64,000 nt of DNA, from positions 4,860 through 68,859 of the forward strand of contig JAPOYS010000030.1 in assembly GCA_026706455.1 (NCBI GenBank), read 5' to 3'. Positions 21,299 through 31,299 of this stretch are shown one piece after another. Each line of letters begins with the position of its first letter. The stretch's first letter is position 1. Both the position numbers and the translations under genes were made by a program. This DNA is from Chloroflexota bacterium (GTDB lineage Bacteria > Chloroflexota > Anaerolineae > Aggregatilineales > Phototrophicaceae). The notes below the pieces were generated by a model, which was given only the letters and a program-made list of their open reading frames with translations, made no database searches and had not been told where the DNA came from.

Positions 21299-22225
21299 TT
21301 AGTACGACCCCCGATGCGGGAAGCGGCGCAGCAAACCCGTCGGCTTGCGGAATTCCTGCAGCAGCGCGATCCCGCTGATGATGATGATCATGCCGACCAG
21401 CATGGTGGACGAAATGACCTCGCCCAAGAAGACGGCGCCGCCGATGCCGGCCACAATCGGAATGATGTAGGTGGTCATCATCGCCGGCGTGGCGCCGAAG
21501 CGCTTGACATTGTAGAAGGAAAGCAAGAGACCCAGGAAGGTGCCGACCAACGCTGAGTAGCAGAGGGCGAGCAAACCGGCGCCATCCACCGCGCTGCCAT
21601 CAAAGCCGACCGTCAGCAGCGAGAAAGACATGACGGTCAAGGCGGTGGTGAAAATGCGGATGCTGCCGACATCGTAGGCGTCATACTCGCGCAGGCGCTT
21701 GCGGGCGTATATGACCATCAGCGAGCCAGACACCGTCCCGAAGATCGTCAACAGATAACCGATTGGCGCGGCCTCGGCGGCATCGGGCAATCCGTTCTCG
21801 CCGCTTAGCGCCAGCAACAAAGCGCCGCCCATCGCCAAGCTCACGCCCAGGACCTGACGGCGGTTGAGTGCTTCTTCCGGCAGCAGGAAATTCGCCAGCA
21901 GCACCGTCAGCGCCGGACCAGTAGCCAGCAGCAAAGAGGCGACGCCGCTCGATAGGTATTGCAGCGATGTGACCACGCAGGTCATGGGAATGGCGGTGCC
22001 GAAGACGCCCAGCAAGCTCGCGCGCTTCCAGAGTTCAGGATCGCGCGGCAGGCGGCGGCCCGTCGCCAGGGAATAGACCGCAAGCGCCAGCAGGCTGGAT
22101 ATGATCATGCGGATGCCGATGTAGGTCGTGGGTTCGAATTGGCTCACGCTGAAGCGCGATACCACCAGCGACGAGCCGAAGAAAAAAGCGAGCAGAATGA
22201 CATAGGGCAGGGCGGAGATATTCAA
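21299..22225 (-). CDS. DMT superfamily (EamA-like) transporter
   Basis: About 10 TM segments with a duplicated EamA-like organisation. Confidence 0.75.
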   Translation of the reverse strand: MNISALPYVILLAFFFGSSLVVSRFSVSQFEPTTYIGIRMIISSLLALAVYSLATGRRLPRDPELWKRASLLGVFGTAIPMTCVVTSLQYLSSGVASLLLATGPALTVLLANFLLPEEALNRRQVLGVSLAMGGALLLALSGENGLPDAAEAAPIGYLLTIFGTVSGSLMVIYARKRLREYDAYDVGSIRIFTTALTVMSFSLLTVGFDGSAVDGAGLLALCYSALVGTFLGLLLSFYNVKRFGATPAMMTTYIIPIVAGIGGAVFLGEVISSTMLVGMIIIISGIALLQEFRKPTGLLRRFPHRGSY

Positions 22226-22505
22226 ATGAGGCGTCCCCGGGTGGGTGAGCGAACAGGCTGGGAGTATACATTAGCGAAGAGGCGAAATGCCATGCGCAAA
22301 GTGGGTACTGTGGCGCATTCATGGCGAAACGACAACTATGGGGACCGGACAATTTGCTATTGCAAGACCAAAAAACGACGCGGAAACCCGAGTCTCTCGC
22401 TAGGATATGCCCGCATTTGGCATGAGAATGCCGCCAAAACTGAGCTATGCGATTAAGTTGTTTCTATAGATGGTAACGCGGCAAACCCGACACAACTTCA
22501 AGAAT

Positions 22506-22724
22506 TCAGCGAGCGAACAACGCCAAAATATCGGGTATTCCACCGCTCGCAGCGATAATCATTCCAAGTACAATCAACAGACGAAGATTCGCAATGTCTT
22601 CTTTTGTTGCCAAGTGTTGCTTGTTGGCTTCGAGCGCGGCAACGCGTTCGCCAAGACGATCAGAGTATTCTTGAGATTCTGCCGATGCTGCCATTTTGAT
22701 GCCCCAATCTACGTGGTACGCCAT
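22506..22724 (-). CDS. small coiled-coil protein with C-terminal TM helix (XhlA-like architecture)
   Basis: The 72-aa ORF lies in an AT-richer gap. It has the heptad-like segment RLGERVAALEANKQHL and the hydrophobic tail LLIVLGMIIAASGG. Confidence 0.3.
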   Translation of the reverse strand: MAYHVDWGIKMAASAESQEYSDRLGERVAALEANKQHLATKEDIANLRLLIVLGMIIAASGGIPDILALFAR

Positions 22725-22865
22725 CGGTTAAGCAGACGTTGTCGATGTTAATACAAGAGTTGCGTGAATTGTAGCGGTTTCGGTCGACAACGGGCAACGG
22801 CAAAAGCCACTGTTTGCGTCAGTGATTTCATCACATGATGATGTCAATCAGCGGTCAACAGTTCT

Positions 22866-24233
22866 CTATAGCCGCCGGCGCGGCGCGGCGTATTCTTCCG
22901 GCGTGCCCATCGCGTCCATCCAGCGTAGGAATTTGGCGTGCATCATATGGCAGACATCAGGCTTCTCTTCCGCCAGATTGCGCTGATGCGCCGGGTCCTT
23001 CACAGCGTCATACAGCTCGATTGGCTCGCCTTCAAGCGCGTAAAGGAAATCCCATTGCCCATCGCGGATCGTGCTCGGCGACACCTCGACCACGATTCTT
23101 TCGCTGTCGTCGACGATCAGCGTGGTGTTGCCGGCGATGTCGATCAGCGATTGCGAGGTGACCACGATGTCATGCAGCCGGTCGATTTCAGCCCGCGCCA
23201 GCGGCAGCAGCGACTGCGCCTGAGCGCGCGCCGGCTTCTCAACGCCAGCCAGTTCCAACATGGTCGGCATGATATCGGGGATGCTGACCAGCCCCGGAAC
23301 CCGCTGATGATCATAGCCGGGGATCTTGGCGAAGAGCGGCACGTGCGTGATTTCATTGTGTTTGGGACTCCGATACGAGATCGCGCCCTGCTTGAAGCGC
23401 GCCATCGCTTCCATCACCGGAATCGTGTTGTCGGGCCAGCGGAAGCGGCTCTTGCCGAAGACGCCGAATTCGCCGAAGTAGAAGCCATGATCGGAGACGA
23501 AGAAGATGGCGGTATCGTCGTAAATTCCCAATGACTTCAAGCGCTCGATCAGCAAGCCGAACCAGCGGTCGACCATGGTGATTTCGCCCATGTAGGTGGC
23601 TTTGCCAATTTCCAGGTCGCGCGCGCTATAACCGGCGTCTTCCCAATCCCAGTAGGCGGGGTAGACCTGCTCGCCCTGATAATCGGGCAGATAGGGCCTG
23701 ACGTAATGCGCCGGCGGGTCCCAGGGTTCATGCGGGTCCCAGGCATCAATGTATAGGAAGAACTTTTCTTCGTGATGCCGTTCGAGCCAGTCGATCGCGG
23801 TTTTGAAGGTGCGGGGCGCGAAGCGGTCAGCTTCTTCTTTCCACAGGCTGGTAACATCGGGCCTTCCGGCGGCTTCGCGCTGGCCCCGGATCCAGATGAA
23901 ATCATCAAAGCCGCGATCGTAGCCATAACCGTTGCGGATGAGGAAAGGCGTGTCGCCGATGCCCATTGTCGTATAACCCGCTTTGGTCATTAGATCCGCC
24001 AGCGTAATTTCATCCTGCGGCAGCGGTCCCCAGGTCAGGTAGGTGAAGGTGAAACGCCCGGTGGCGATATCGGCGCGCGTTGGAACCGTGGGAAAGGAGG
24101 CGGCGTGGCAATCTTCAAATACGAGCGCTTCTTCGGCGAACTGGGTCAGGTAGGGCGCGTTGACCTGCTGATTGCCGTAGGCGGGCAGGTAGTCGGCTCT
24201 GAGGGTATCGGTGACGACGCAGATGATGTTCAT
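22866..24233 (-). CDS. sulfatase-family (alkaline phosphatase superfamily) hydrolase with Thr at the nucleophile position
   Basis: Has MNIICVVTDTLRADYL (metal-site motif). TVPTRADIATGR aligns to the C/S-x-P-x-R-x4-TG sulfatase signature. ATG 24233 is used. Confidence 0.8.
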   Translation of the reverse strand: MNIICVVTDTLRADYLPAYGNQQVNAPYLTQFAEEALVFEDCHAASFPTVPTRADIATGRFTFTYLTWGPLPQDEITLADLMTKAGYTTMGIGDTPFLIRNGYGYDRGFDDFIWIRGQREAAGRPDVTSLWKEEADRFAPRTFKTAIDWLERHHEEKFFLYIDAWDPHEPWDPPAHYVRPYLPDYQGEQVYPAYWDWEDAGYSARDLEIGKATYMGEITMVDRWFGLLIERLKSLGIYDDTAIFFVSDHGFYFGEFGVFGKSRFRWPDNTIPVMEAMARFKQGAISYRSPKHNEITHVPLFAKIPGYDHQRVPGLVSIPDIMPTMLELAGVEKPARAQAQSLLPLARAEIDRLHDIVVTSQSLIDIAGNTTLIVDDSERIVVEVSPSTIRDGQWDFLYALEGEPIELYDAVKDPAHQRNLAEEKPDVCHMMHAKFLRWMDAMGTPEEYAAPRRRL

Positions 24234-24330
24234 AATCGGTCTCCGTGTAGTATGCTGTTTTCGCTGTGTTTCGAAGCCGCGACTGTAGAGGCGAGCTGGT
24301 GGCTCGCCCATTAGAGATAATCACGGAATC

Positions 24331-24356
24331 GGGCGACTCGCCGAGTCGCCCCTACA
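24331..24356. repeat. REP-like GC hairpin (GGGCGAC...GTCGCCCCTACA family)
   Basis: The intergenic sequence GGGCGACTCGCCGAGTCGCCCCTACA. Confidence 0.6.
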
Positions 24357-24374
24357 AACGACTCCAACTTGACG

Positions 24375-25379
24375 CTATCCCTTCACCGCGCCGGAAGCCA
24401 GACCGCGAATTAGATACTTCTGGAAGAAAATGATCACGACCAGAATCGGCAGCGTGACCGATACGGAGCCGGCCGCCGCCAGCGTCACATGCCCCGGATC
24501 CTCGCCGCCAGTGAATTGCGCGATGCCGACCGGCAGCGTCCAGTTGATCTGCGTGAGGATGCGCGCCAGCAGGAAGTCGTTGTAAGCCAGCAGCAAGGTA
24601 AACAAGCCGGTGGTGATGATGCCGGGCCACATGATGGGCACGATTACGGAGATGAAGGACTTGAGCCGGCCCGCGCCATCGATCATAGCCGCTTCTTCGA
24701 TCTCGCGCGGAATCTCCATGAAGAAGCTGCGCAGCATCCAGATGGTGAAGGGCTGATTGACCGCGACCAGACAGAAGATGAGCAGGATATGCGTGTCGTA
24801 TAAGCCGGAGAGCTGGCCCAGATAGTAGAAGGGCAGCACCAGCGCCAGGCCCGGCAGCGAGCGGAAAGCCAGCGCAATCACCAGAATATAGACGGAAACG
24901 ACATGCCGATAACGCGCCAAGCCGTAGCCCGCCAGCGCGCCGATGCTCAGCGAGACGCACAAAGTGCCCACTGTTACGATCACGCTGTTGATCAAGTAAT
25001 CGTAGAACTCGGCTGTATTGACGACCTCCGGCAGCGCCAGCGCGACGATGACGCCAGCGAAGATGCAGCCGATGTAGACGGCAGAATTGGGCGCCGGGAT
25101 GCGATTGGCCGACAGGCAGATGACGACCAGCAGGCAGAATATTAGGATCAGCGCCAAGCCGTAAGGGGCGAACGCGTCGGGCGTTATATTCAGCCAGAGC
25201 TCCGAATAGTTCTCGCCCGTCGGCGAGAATACAAAGCGCGGAATCCTGGCGTTGGCGTCCTTCGGCAGCTTGACCGAGTTCATGATCGTCCAGGCGAAGG
25301 GCAGGACGTTGTAAACTGTGAACAGCGCCAGCGCGATATAGATGAAGAGCCGCGCGAGCGGTTGGTTGGTGCGCGTCAT
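24375..25379 (-). CDS. carbohydrate ABC transporter permease (MalG-like)
   Basis: Six TM segments with an EAA-type loop (EEAAMIDGAG). Its start overlaps the upstream stop by 1 nt. Confidence 0.85.
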   Translation of the reverse strand: MTRTNQPLARLFIYIALALFTVYNVLPFAWTIMNSVKLPKDANARIPRFVFSPTGENYSELWLNITPDAFAPYGLALILIFCLLVVICLSANRIPAPNSAVYIGCIFAGVIVALALPEVVNTAEFYDYLINSVIVTVGTLCVSLSIGALAGYGLARYRHVVSVYILVIALAFRSLPGLALVLPFYYLGQLSGLYDTHILLIFCLVAVNQPFTIWMLRSFFMEIPREIEEAAMIDGAGRLKSFISVIVPIMWPGIITTGLFTLLLAYNDFLLARILTQINWTLPVGIAQFTGGEDPGHVTLAAAGSVSVTLPILVVIIFFQKYLIRGLASGAVKG

Positions 25380-26239
25380 CAGGCTTCCTCCGTCTGTTCG
25401 CGATAGGTCATGACGAGGAATGGGATCAAAACCACGAAAATGCCGAGCACGGTGAGCACGCTCATGGCGTTGGCTTTGCCCAAGCGCCCGAAACTGAGGG
25501 CGACCTGGAAGTTGTAATACATGATCGTCTCGGCATCGTAGATCGGGTTTTGCTGCGTCAGCACAAAGACGCTGTCGAAGACGCGATAGGCGTCCATGAT
25601 CGAGATCAAGCCGATGAAGATGAAGAGCGAGCGCAGATGCGGCATGGCGACATGCCAGAGCTGGCGCAGCCAGGTCGCGCCGTCAACGCGAGCCGCTTCC
25701 AGCGATTCCTGCGGCAGCGTCTGCAAGCCGGCGAAGAGCACGATCATGGCGAAGGGCGTCGCCGTCCAAATGCTGTGGAAGATGATCAGCAGAGGCACGG
25801 TCGTGCTATTCATAAACAAGCGATAATCAAATAGCTGCTGCATCCAATACCAGTAAGGTCCGCCGCGATCGAACATATCGCGGAATATCAGCGTGCCGAC
25901 CACCGGCGTCATGACGAAGGGCACGAGCGCGGCGGCGATGAAGACCCCGCGGAAGCGCGTGATTTGGTCGAGAAGCAGGGCGAACAAGAGGCCCAGGACG
26001 ATGCGCGCGGGCACGGCGATGGCGATGAAGATCAGCGTGAATTCGAGCGAATCCCAGAATTCCGGATCGCCCAATACTTCTTGATAATTCTGAAAGCCAA
26101 TCCACAAGGGTTCATCGAGATTGCGAAAGGTGATGAAGTGCAGACCGAGCACGACCGATGCCAGCAGGGGGAGGGTCATTAGAGCCAACATGATGAATAC
26201 GCTGGGACCGACGAACAAACTGAAGGTTCCTCTAGTCAT
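25379..26239 (-). CDS. sugar ABC transporter permease (MalF-like)
   Basis: TM-rich with the EAA loop LEAARVDGA. Confidence 0.85.
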   Translation of the reverse strand: MTRGTFSLFVGPSVFIMLALMTLPLLASVVLGLHFITFRNLDEPLWIGFQNYQEVLGDPEFWDSLEFTLIFIAIAVPARIVLGLLFALLLDQITRFRGVFIAAALVPFVMTPVVGTLIFRDMFDRGGPYWYWMQQLFDYRLFMNSTTVPLLIIFHSIWTATPFAMIVLFAGLQTLPQESLEAARVDGATWLRQLWHVAMPHLRSLFIFIGLISIMDAYRVFDSVFVLTQQNPIYDAETIMYYNFQVALSFGRLGKANAMSVLTVLGIFVVLIPFLVMTYREQTEEA

Positions 26240-26250
26240 AAGCGAAGCTC

Positions 26251-27177
26251 CTATTTCTTTTGCGCGGCGATTGTCTCAATCATGTCGAGCGCGGCGGAAA
26301 TTACAGCCTCCGGTCGATCCCGGAAGAGCGCATGCCCGGCCTCGACCGACAGCGCCATTCCCCGAGTGGACAGCCGCGCTTGCGAGTATTGCAGGGCGCG
26401 CCACATCCGGCCGAGACTCTGCGAATAGGGTTCATCGCCCCAGCAATCCTGCGTCGCCACGATGACCGTCAGCGGCAGATCGCCCAGCTTGCCCTTTGAG
26501 CGCGCCTGCGCGTCGCTCGCGATTATGTATTGATTCTGCCAATAATATGTCCACCAGTAGTTGGGATTATTCAGCAGCAGCTTCAAGTAGCGATCGCCGT
26601 ATTGTTCGAGTGTAGCGGGAGTGATCCACTCGGCGATGTCTTCTTTCGTCAGCGACTTGGCGGCTGCCTTTTCGGCAAACCGGCGCGCCAATTCCATCCG
26701 CTCAAAGCGCTCGCGCGGATAGCGATTCGGGTAGGTTTGGGTCGCCCACAGGTCATAGCCCGGCGGGATGCCGTCCATCAGGATCAAGCCGGCGACGCGC
26801 TCGGGATGGTCGGCGGCGAAGATCTGCGCCACCGGCCCGCCACCCGACCACGCCAGGATGATGATCGGTTCAGTTTCACCTAGCGCGTCGAGCAGTGCGG
26901 CGAATTCGTCCGCTTCGCTTTGGGCGCTGCGGTCGCTCGTGCTGGGGTCGCTATAGGCGATGCCGGCGCGGTCATAGGCGCAGACGCGGGTATGCGCCGC
27001 CAGCGCTGCCTGAAAGCTCCCCCAACCCAGGGTCGTGCCCAGCCAGCCATTCTCCAGCCAGACGGTCGGCGCGCCGCGACCCATTGTGACAACGTGAACG
27101 CGGCGTCCGCCGACGTCAATGATGTCGCCGAGCGGGTCGCCCAGGTCAAGCGAAGCAGACCGATGGAAGCTGGTCAT
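26251..27177 (-). CDS. alpha/beta hydrolase fold protein
   Basis: Nucleophile elbow-like AWSGGG with an HG-type N-terminal region, embedded in the ABC operon. Confidence 0.7.
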   Translation of the reverse strand: MTSFHRSASLDLGDPLGDIIDVGGRRVHVVTMGRGAPTVWLENGWLGTTLGWGSFQAALAAHTRVCAYDRAGIAYSDPSTSDRSAQSEADEFAALLDALGETEPIIILAWSGGGPVAQIFAADHPERVAGLILMDGIPPGYDLWATQTYPNRYPRERFERMELARRFAEKAAAKSLTKEDIAEWITPATLEQYGDRYLKLLLNNPNYWWTYYWQNQYIIASDAQARSKGKLGDLPLTVIVATQDCWGDEPYSQSLGRMWRALQYSQARLSTRGMALSVEAGHALFRDRPEAVISAALDMIETIAAQKK

Positions 27178-27221
27178 GAAATTGCCGCGATCCTAATCCG
27201 GCGCTGACTGAGTAAGTGGAA

Positions 27222-27247
27222 GGGTCAGCCGCCGGCTGACCCCTACA
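27222..27247. repeat. REP-like GC hairpin
   Basis: GGGTCAGCCGCCGGCTGACCCCTACA. Confidence 0.55.
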
Positions 27248-27261
27248 AAAGATGCGGAAAT

Positions 27262-27310
27262 TGTAGGGGCGAACGGACTGCTGTGTCTACGCGCAGCGGC
27301 GGTTCGCCCA
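27262..27310. repeat. REP-like GC hairpin (long loop variant)
   Basis: TGTAGGGGCGAAC...GGTTCGCCCA, preceded by AAAAGATGCGGAAAT. Confidence 0.5.
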
Positions 27311-27362
27311 CTTTCTCCGCAAGCCATTCGGCAAAGCAAGGTCCCGCGCTTCTCCTAGCCGA

Positions 27363-28646
27363 CTAGCCCTCGATGAAGCCCTGCGCGGTCGCTTCGGCGG
27401 TATAAGCCTCGGCGGCGGCTTCCAGCAATTCCGCGGCGCTCATTTCGCCGGTTGCGATCTGCGGCAGCCATTGATCCCAAACGGGATTCAAGACCGCGCC
27501 AATGGCGGGCACGGGCGTGCCCTCGACGCCGCCAGCGATGGTGTCAAAGACAGCCGGCAGATAGCGGGCATCCGCTTTCGCCGCCACCGCCCGGCGCGTG
27601 ATCACGCCGTAGTTTGAGCCGCGCAGCATAGTTTCTTCATCCATGGCTTCGAGGATGACCTGGAATACCAGATCCGGATCATCATCGATATCGGCTGGGA
27701 TGCCGAGTCCGGCGCCGGTGCCGCCAGTGGCGCCATAGAGGCCGTCTACGGTCGCTTTGGGCGCGGGCGCAAATTCGATGCCGCCCACATAATCGGAAAA
27801 GTCGGGATCATCCATGGCAGCGGCGCGGCTGGCCCAGGTGAAAGCCATCGCCAGCTCGCCCGTGGCGATGCCGATCTGGCTGTCATCAATGCTGTAGGTC
27901 AAGCCCTCGGCGCCCATGCAGGCGTCTACGATCTCGACCAGCTTCTCGAGCGCCATCACGCCCTCGTCGCTGTTGAAGGCCGGGGTCATGTCGTCATTGA
28001 GCGGCTTGCCGCCGAAAGCCAGCAGCATATCGCCAAATTCGATGCGCCAAGCCCAACCGGCGTGCAGCTGCGTGGTGAAGGGGATGACGATGCTGTCTTC
28101 CGCTTGCAACACGCCGCAAGCCTCAATCACGTCGTCCCAGGTTTCGGGAACGTCAATGCCGTGCTTCTCCAGCAGATCGGGACGATAGAAGAGGTGACGC
28201 GTATTCTGCTCCATTGGCAAACCGTAGATATTGCCGTCGACTGTCATATCGGCGATGCCGAGGATGTCGGAGATCTGGTATTCGTCTTCATATTTGGCGA
28301 CCAGATCGTTCAGCGGCATCATCCAGCCTTCGGCGACGTAAGACTCGATGTCGCCTTGCGTCACCATGATGATGTCATAGGGCGATGTGCCGCCGGCGCC
28401 GAGCGCCAGACGCAATTGGTCATGCGCCGAGCCCGAATCCAGCAGCTGGGTGTTGACATCGATATTGTCCACCGCGTTGCAGGCTTCCAGTTCATCGGCG
28501 TAGAAGTCGATGATGGGGTAGGTCCAGCCGATCATGTTGATCTGCGCGGCTGATTCGGGCGGCTCGATCATGCAGCCGCCCATATCTTGCGCGGCGATTG
28601 GCAGGGCAAGCGCCAGCAGCGCAATCAATAGAAGTGCCTTCTTCAT
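27363..28646 (-). CDS. ABC transporter extracellular solute-binding protein (sugar family)
   Basis: Signal peptide MKKALLLIALLALALPIAAQD. ATG 28646 is preceded by AAGGAG. Confidence 0.85.
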   Translation of the reverse strand: MKKALLLIALLALALPIAAQDMGGCMIEPPESAAQINMIGWTYPIIDFYADELEACNAVDNIDVNTQLLDSGSAHDQLRLALGAGGTSPYDIIMVTQGDIESYVAEGWMMPLNDLVAKYEDEYQISDILGIADMTVDGNIYGLPMEQNTRHLFYRPDLLEKHGIDVPETWDDVIEACGVLQAEDSIVIPFTTQLHAGWAWRIEFGDMLLAFGGKPLNDDMTPAFNSDEGVMALEKLVEIVDACMGAEGLTYSIDDSQIGIATGELAMAFTWASRAAAMDDPDFSDYVGGIEFAPAPKATVDGLYGATGGTGAGLGIPADIDDDPDLVFQVILEAMDEETMLRGSNYGVITRRAVAAKADARYLPAVFDTIAGGVEGTPVPAIGAVLNPVWDQWLPQIATGEMSAAELLEAAAEAYTAEATAQGFIEG

Positions 28647-28809
28647 GGCTTGTCTCCTTCGTGAAATAGATACGGATGTCTTGCGCAAAGAATGCGAATA
28701 CCGAATCAGTATACGCATCATTGACGGGAGTGTATCGCATTGCGGGCGTCATTCCAAACGGGAAGGCGCCTTGCGGCGGTTCTGCCCCGAGCGTCCGCAA
28801 AATGCGATA

Positions 28810-28838
28810 TGTAGGGGCGACATACCATGTCGCCCGCA
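28810..28838. repeat. REP-like GC hairpin
   Basis: TGTAGGGGCGACATACCATGTCGCCCGCA, preceded by AAAATGCGATA. Confidence 0.6.
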
Positions 28839-28856
28839 TGCCCATTTCAGATAATC

Positions 28857-28882
28857 GGGCGAGCTACCGGCTCGCCCGTACA
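28857..28882. repeat. REP-like GC hairpin
   Basis: GGGCGAGCTACCGGCTCGCCCGTACA. Confidence 0.55.
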
Positions 28883-28979
28883 ACCTTTTAGTAGTTGTTC
28901 GCCAACGCGCCGGTCGCGACATATAATCTGAGTTGATAAACCGACTGCGCCAAGTCAATGCGCAACGGAGGCTCGAGAT

Positions 28980-29735
28980 ATGGACAATATGAACCAGCGG
29001 CATGATGTGGCTAAGATCGTCGCCGCGATCAACGAACGGGGCTATTGCTTCATCCCGGCGGCTATCAGCCCGCAGAAAGCGGACGAGGCGCGCGCGGTAT
29101 TGGAGCGGCTGCTGGCGGCTGAAATGACCGATGAGATCCGCGCCGCTAAAACCCAGCGCGTCGGCGGGCTCGCCTTCAAGCATTCGGTCTTCCTGGAGCT
29201 GCTGGCGCATCCGTTGATTGTCTCAATCTGGCAAGCCTACTTGAATGACGGCGATATCGTTTGCTCGACCTGGTCGGCCAATACAGCCTATCCCGGTTTC
29301 GAAAAATACGGCTGGCATCCGGATTATCCCTACTGGTGGATCAACCAGCCATGGCCGCTGGAGCGGGTATGTGGTCAGACGATATGGCTGCTGGACGACT
29401 TCACGGAGGAAAATGGCGGCACGGGTTATCTGCCCAATAGTCATCTTAAGGGTCACCCGCCGCCGGGCGAATGGAATCAAGAATGGCCAACGGAGGCGCA
29501 AATCCTGACGGGCGCCCGCGGAGGCGCCCTTGTGTTTCATGGCGCGCTCTGGCATACGGCACGGCCCAACCGGACGGACAGAGCTCGCAGCGCCCTGCTC
29601 GGCATGTATACGCGGCCCTTCTTCCTGACGCAAGAAGACATGCGGGCGCAATTGGACAAGGTGGCGAATCCGTCGGCGATCGTGCGGCAGTTGATGGGCG
29701 GCGCGCGACATCAGCCCGGCATCATCGGCGGCTGA
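28980..29735 (+). CDS. phytanoyl-CoA dioxygenase (PhyH) family Fe(II)/2OG oxygenase
   Basis: WHPDYPYW (HxD), GGTGYLPNSH and ...HTARPN... are typical PhyH features. Confidence 0.7.
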   Translation: MDNMNQRHDVAKIVAAINERGYCFIPAAISPQKADEARAVLERLLAAEMTDEIRAAKTQRVGGLAFKHSVFLELLAHPLIVSIWQAYLNDGDIVCSTWSANTAYPGFEKYGWHPDYPYWWINQPWPLERVCGQTIWLLDDFTEENGGTGYLPNSHLKGHPPPGEWNQEWPTEAQILTGARGGALVFHGALWHTARPNRTDRARSALLGMYTRPFFLTQEDMRAQLDKVANPSAIVRQLMGGARHQPGIIGG

Positions 29736-29747
29736 GCGCTGAGAGGC

Positions 29748-30701
29748 CTACAAGCCGTGGAATTTCCGATACCAGTCCCAGGTCAACCGCAGTCCTTCCT
29801 GAATGGAAACAGAAGGCGTGAAACCGAGCAGTTCGCGCGCCTTGCTGTTGTCGCAATAGGTGATTGGCGGGTCGCTTGGTGGCGTGGGTACAGACACAGT
29901 ATTGATATTCTTGCCCGAATAATCTTTGATGATCTCGACAAAATCCGCCAGCGATATTGGCGCGCCACAGCCGAGATTGATGATCTCGTAACTGAGCCCT
30001 TTGTCGAGCGCGGCTAGGACGCCCCTCACCGTATCGCCGATGTACGTCCAGTCGCGATGGATATCGCCGCCGTTGAAGAGCTTGATGGTTTCACCAGTCT
30101 GCGTCGCCTCCATCAGGCGCCAGGGCATCATATCCGGGCGGCCGGCGGGCCCGTAGACGTTGAAGAAACGCAAGACAGTCACGTTCATGCCGGCGAGGTT
30201 GTGGTAGGTGTGCGCCAGCAACTCGGCGGCGCGCTTGCTGGCTGGATAGGCGGCCAGTGGACGATCGGCATTGTCGGACTCTACGAAGGGCAATACCTCC
30301 GTTCTGCCGTATACCGATGAGGTCGACGCCAACACAAAGATTTCGATGCTGGCTGCTTTGGCCGCCTCGAGAAGATTCAGCGTGCCAGTGAGGTTGACGT
30401 CCATGTAGAGACGCGTTTGTCCGACGCTTTCGCGCACGCCAGCCATGGCCGCCAGATGCGCCACGCGCTTGATTTCATGCTCGGCGAAGAGACGATTTAT
30501 CAGCGCCGCGTCGCGAATGTCGCCTTCACAGACCCTGCAGTTGCTGTACTTGCTGAGGCGCGTGGCATTCCCGCGTTTGATGGCCGGGTCATAGAAGTCG
30601 TTGAAGTTGTCAAGGATGAGGGCGCGCTCGCCGCGTTTCAGCAGCGCTTCAGCGACATGACTGCCGATGAAGCCGGCGCCGCCGGTGACGAGGTAGGTCA
30701 T
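29748..30701 (-). CDS. NAD-dependent nucleotide-sugar epimerase (UDP-glucuronate 4-epimerase-like)
   Basis: Has VTGGAGFIGSH, STSSVYG and YPASK. Confidence 0.85.
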   Translation of the reverse strand: MTYLVTGGAGFIGSHVAEALLKRGERALILDNFNDFYDPAIKRGNATRLSKYSNCRVCEGDIRDAALINRLFAEHEIKRVAHLAAMAGVRESVGQTRLYMDVNLTGTLNLLEAAKAASIEIFVLASTSSVYGRTEVLPFVESDNADRPLAAYPASKRAAELLAHTYHNLAGMNVTVLRFFNVYGPAGRPDMMPWRLMEATQTGETIKLFNGGDIHRDWTYIGDTVRGVLAALDKGLSYEIINLGCGAPISLADFVEIIKDYSGKNINTVSVPTPPSDPPITYCDNSKARELLGFTPSVSIQEGLRLTWDWYRKFHGL

Positions 30702-30864
30702 GTTGGTTTCTTTCGAATAGGTTGCAATAGGTTAGGGAGCAAGCCACCCTAACTTTACACGCATCGCCGATTTGTTCATCACCTGTGGAATAAAAAAACC
30801 ACTCGAACTGGTTATCGCGCCAGTTGCGAGCGGGCCTGCCTGTTAGAAGATTGTGGGCAAGCTA

Positions 30865-31041
30865 TTAGTTGGATGTGCGGTTCACCTCTGTTTTAATTTG
30901 CTGCTGGCTGCTGGGCTTATCCACCCGCTCTCCCTTTTTCTTCCGCCGATTATGGCGGTCAAGAAAGGCGAAAATGGCGATATATCCTATTGTCAGCACA
31001 ACGACGTAAAGGACCATCCACTCATCAATCCATGTTGGCAT
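30865..31041 (-). CDS. hypothetical 58-aa single-TM protein (below ORF-track cutoff)
   Basis: My own translation is MPTWIDEWMVLYVVVLTIGYIAIFAFLDRHNRRKKKGERVDK..., a TM helix plus a basic tail. It lies in an AT-rich gap. Confidence 0.25.
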   Translation of the reverse strand: MPTWIDEWMVLYVVVLTIGYIAIFAFLDRHNRRKKKGERVDKPSSQQQIKTEVNRTSN

Positions 31042-31053
31042 AGCGTCGCTCCC

Positions 31054-31299
31054 TTACTGACGCGAGGTTTTTTCACGCCTCAACTTGTATTGTAGCCAAC
31101 TGCAGGCCGCAAATGAGATAATTCCAATTCCCGCGCCGAGTTCAGCGATAGTTGCTACAGCAATGTCAGGCGCATTCGAGTGTACATTCGTCAAAATTAT
31201 ACCATAGACTACGGCGCAAAATAGCATTCCAGGTACGAGCAGCGTTGCCACTCGTCGGTATCTGCCTATGGCAAACAGGGACAGCGAAGAACTCTCCAC
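31054..31299 (-). CDS. hypothetical 81-aa two-TM protein
   Basis: The ORF has two hydrophobic helices, sits immediately upstream of the 58-aa ORF on the same strand, and has a non-ATG start. Confidence 0.25.
   Translation of the reverse strand: MESSSLSLFAIGRYRRVATLLVPGMLFCAVVYGIILTNVHSNAPDIAVATIAELGAGIGIISFAACSWLQYKLRREKTSRQ

Noticed and set aside
22128-22146. GTGGGTTCGAATTGG, which resembles a tRNA T-arm.
   Set aside because: It lies inside the well-supported DMT transporter CDS, and no acceptor, D or anticodon arms can be folded around it.
24331-28882. Whether the repeated GC hairpins could be a CRISPR array.
   Set aside because: The units are irregularly spaced, occur in both orientations, are separated by whole genes, and are themselves strong palindromes with variable loops. 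This is REP-like organisation, not repeat-spacer organisation. No cas genes are present; the Cas4-like nuclease at 16191 belongs to a helicase operon.
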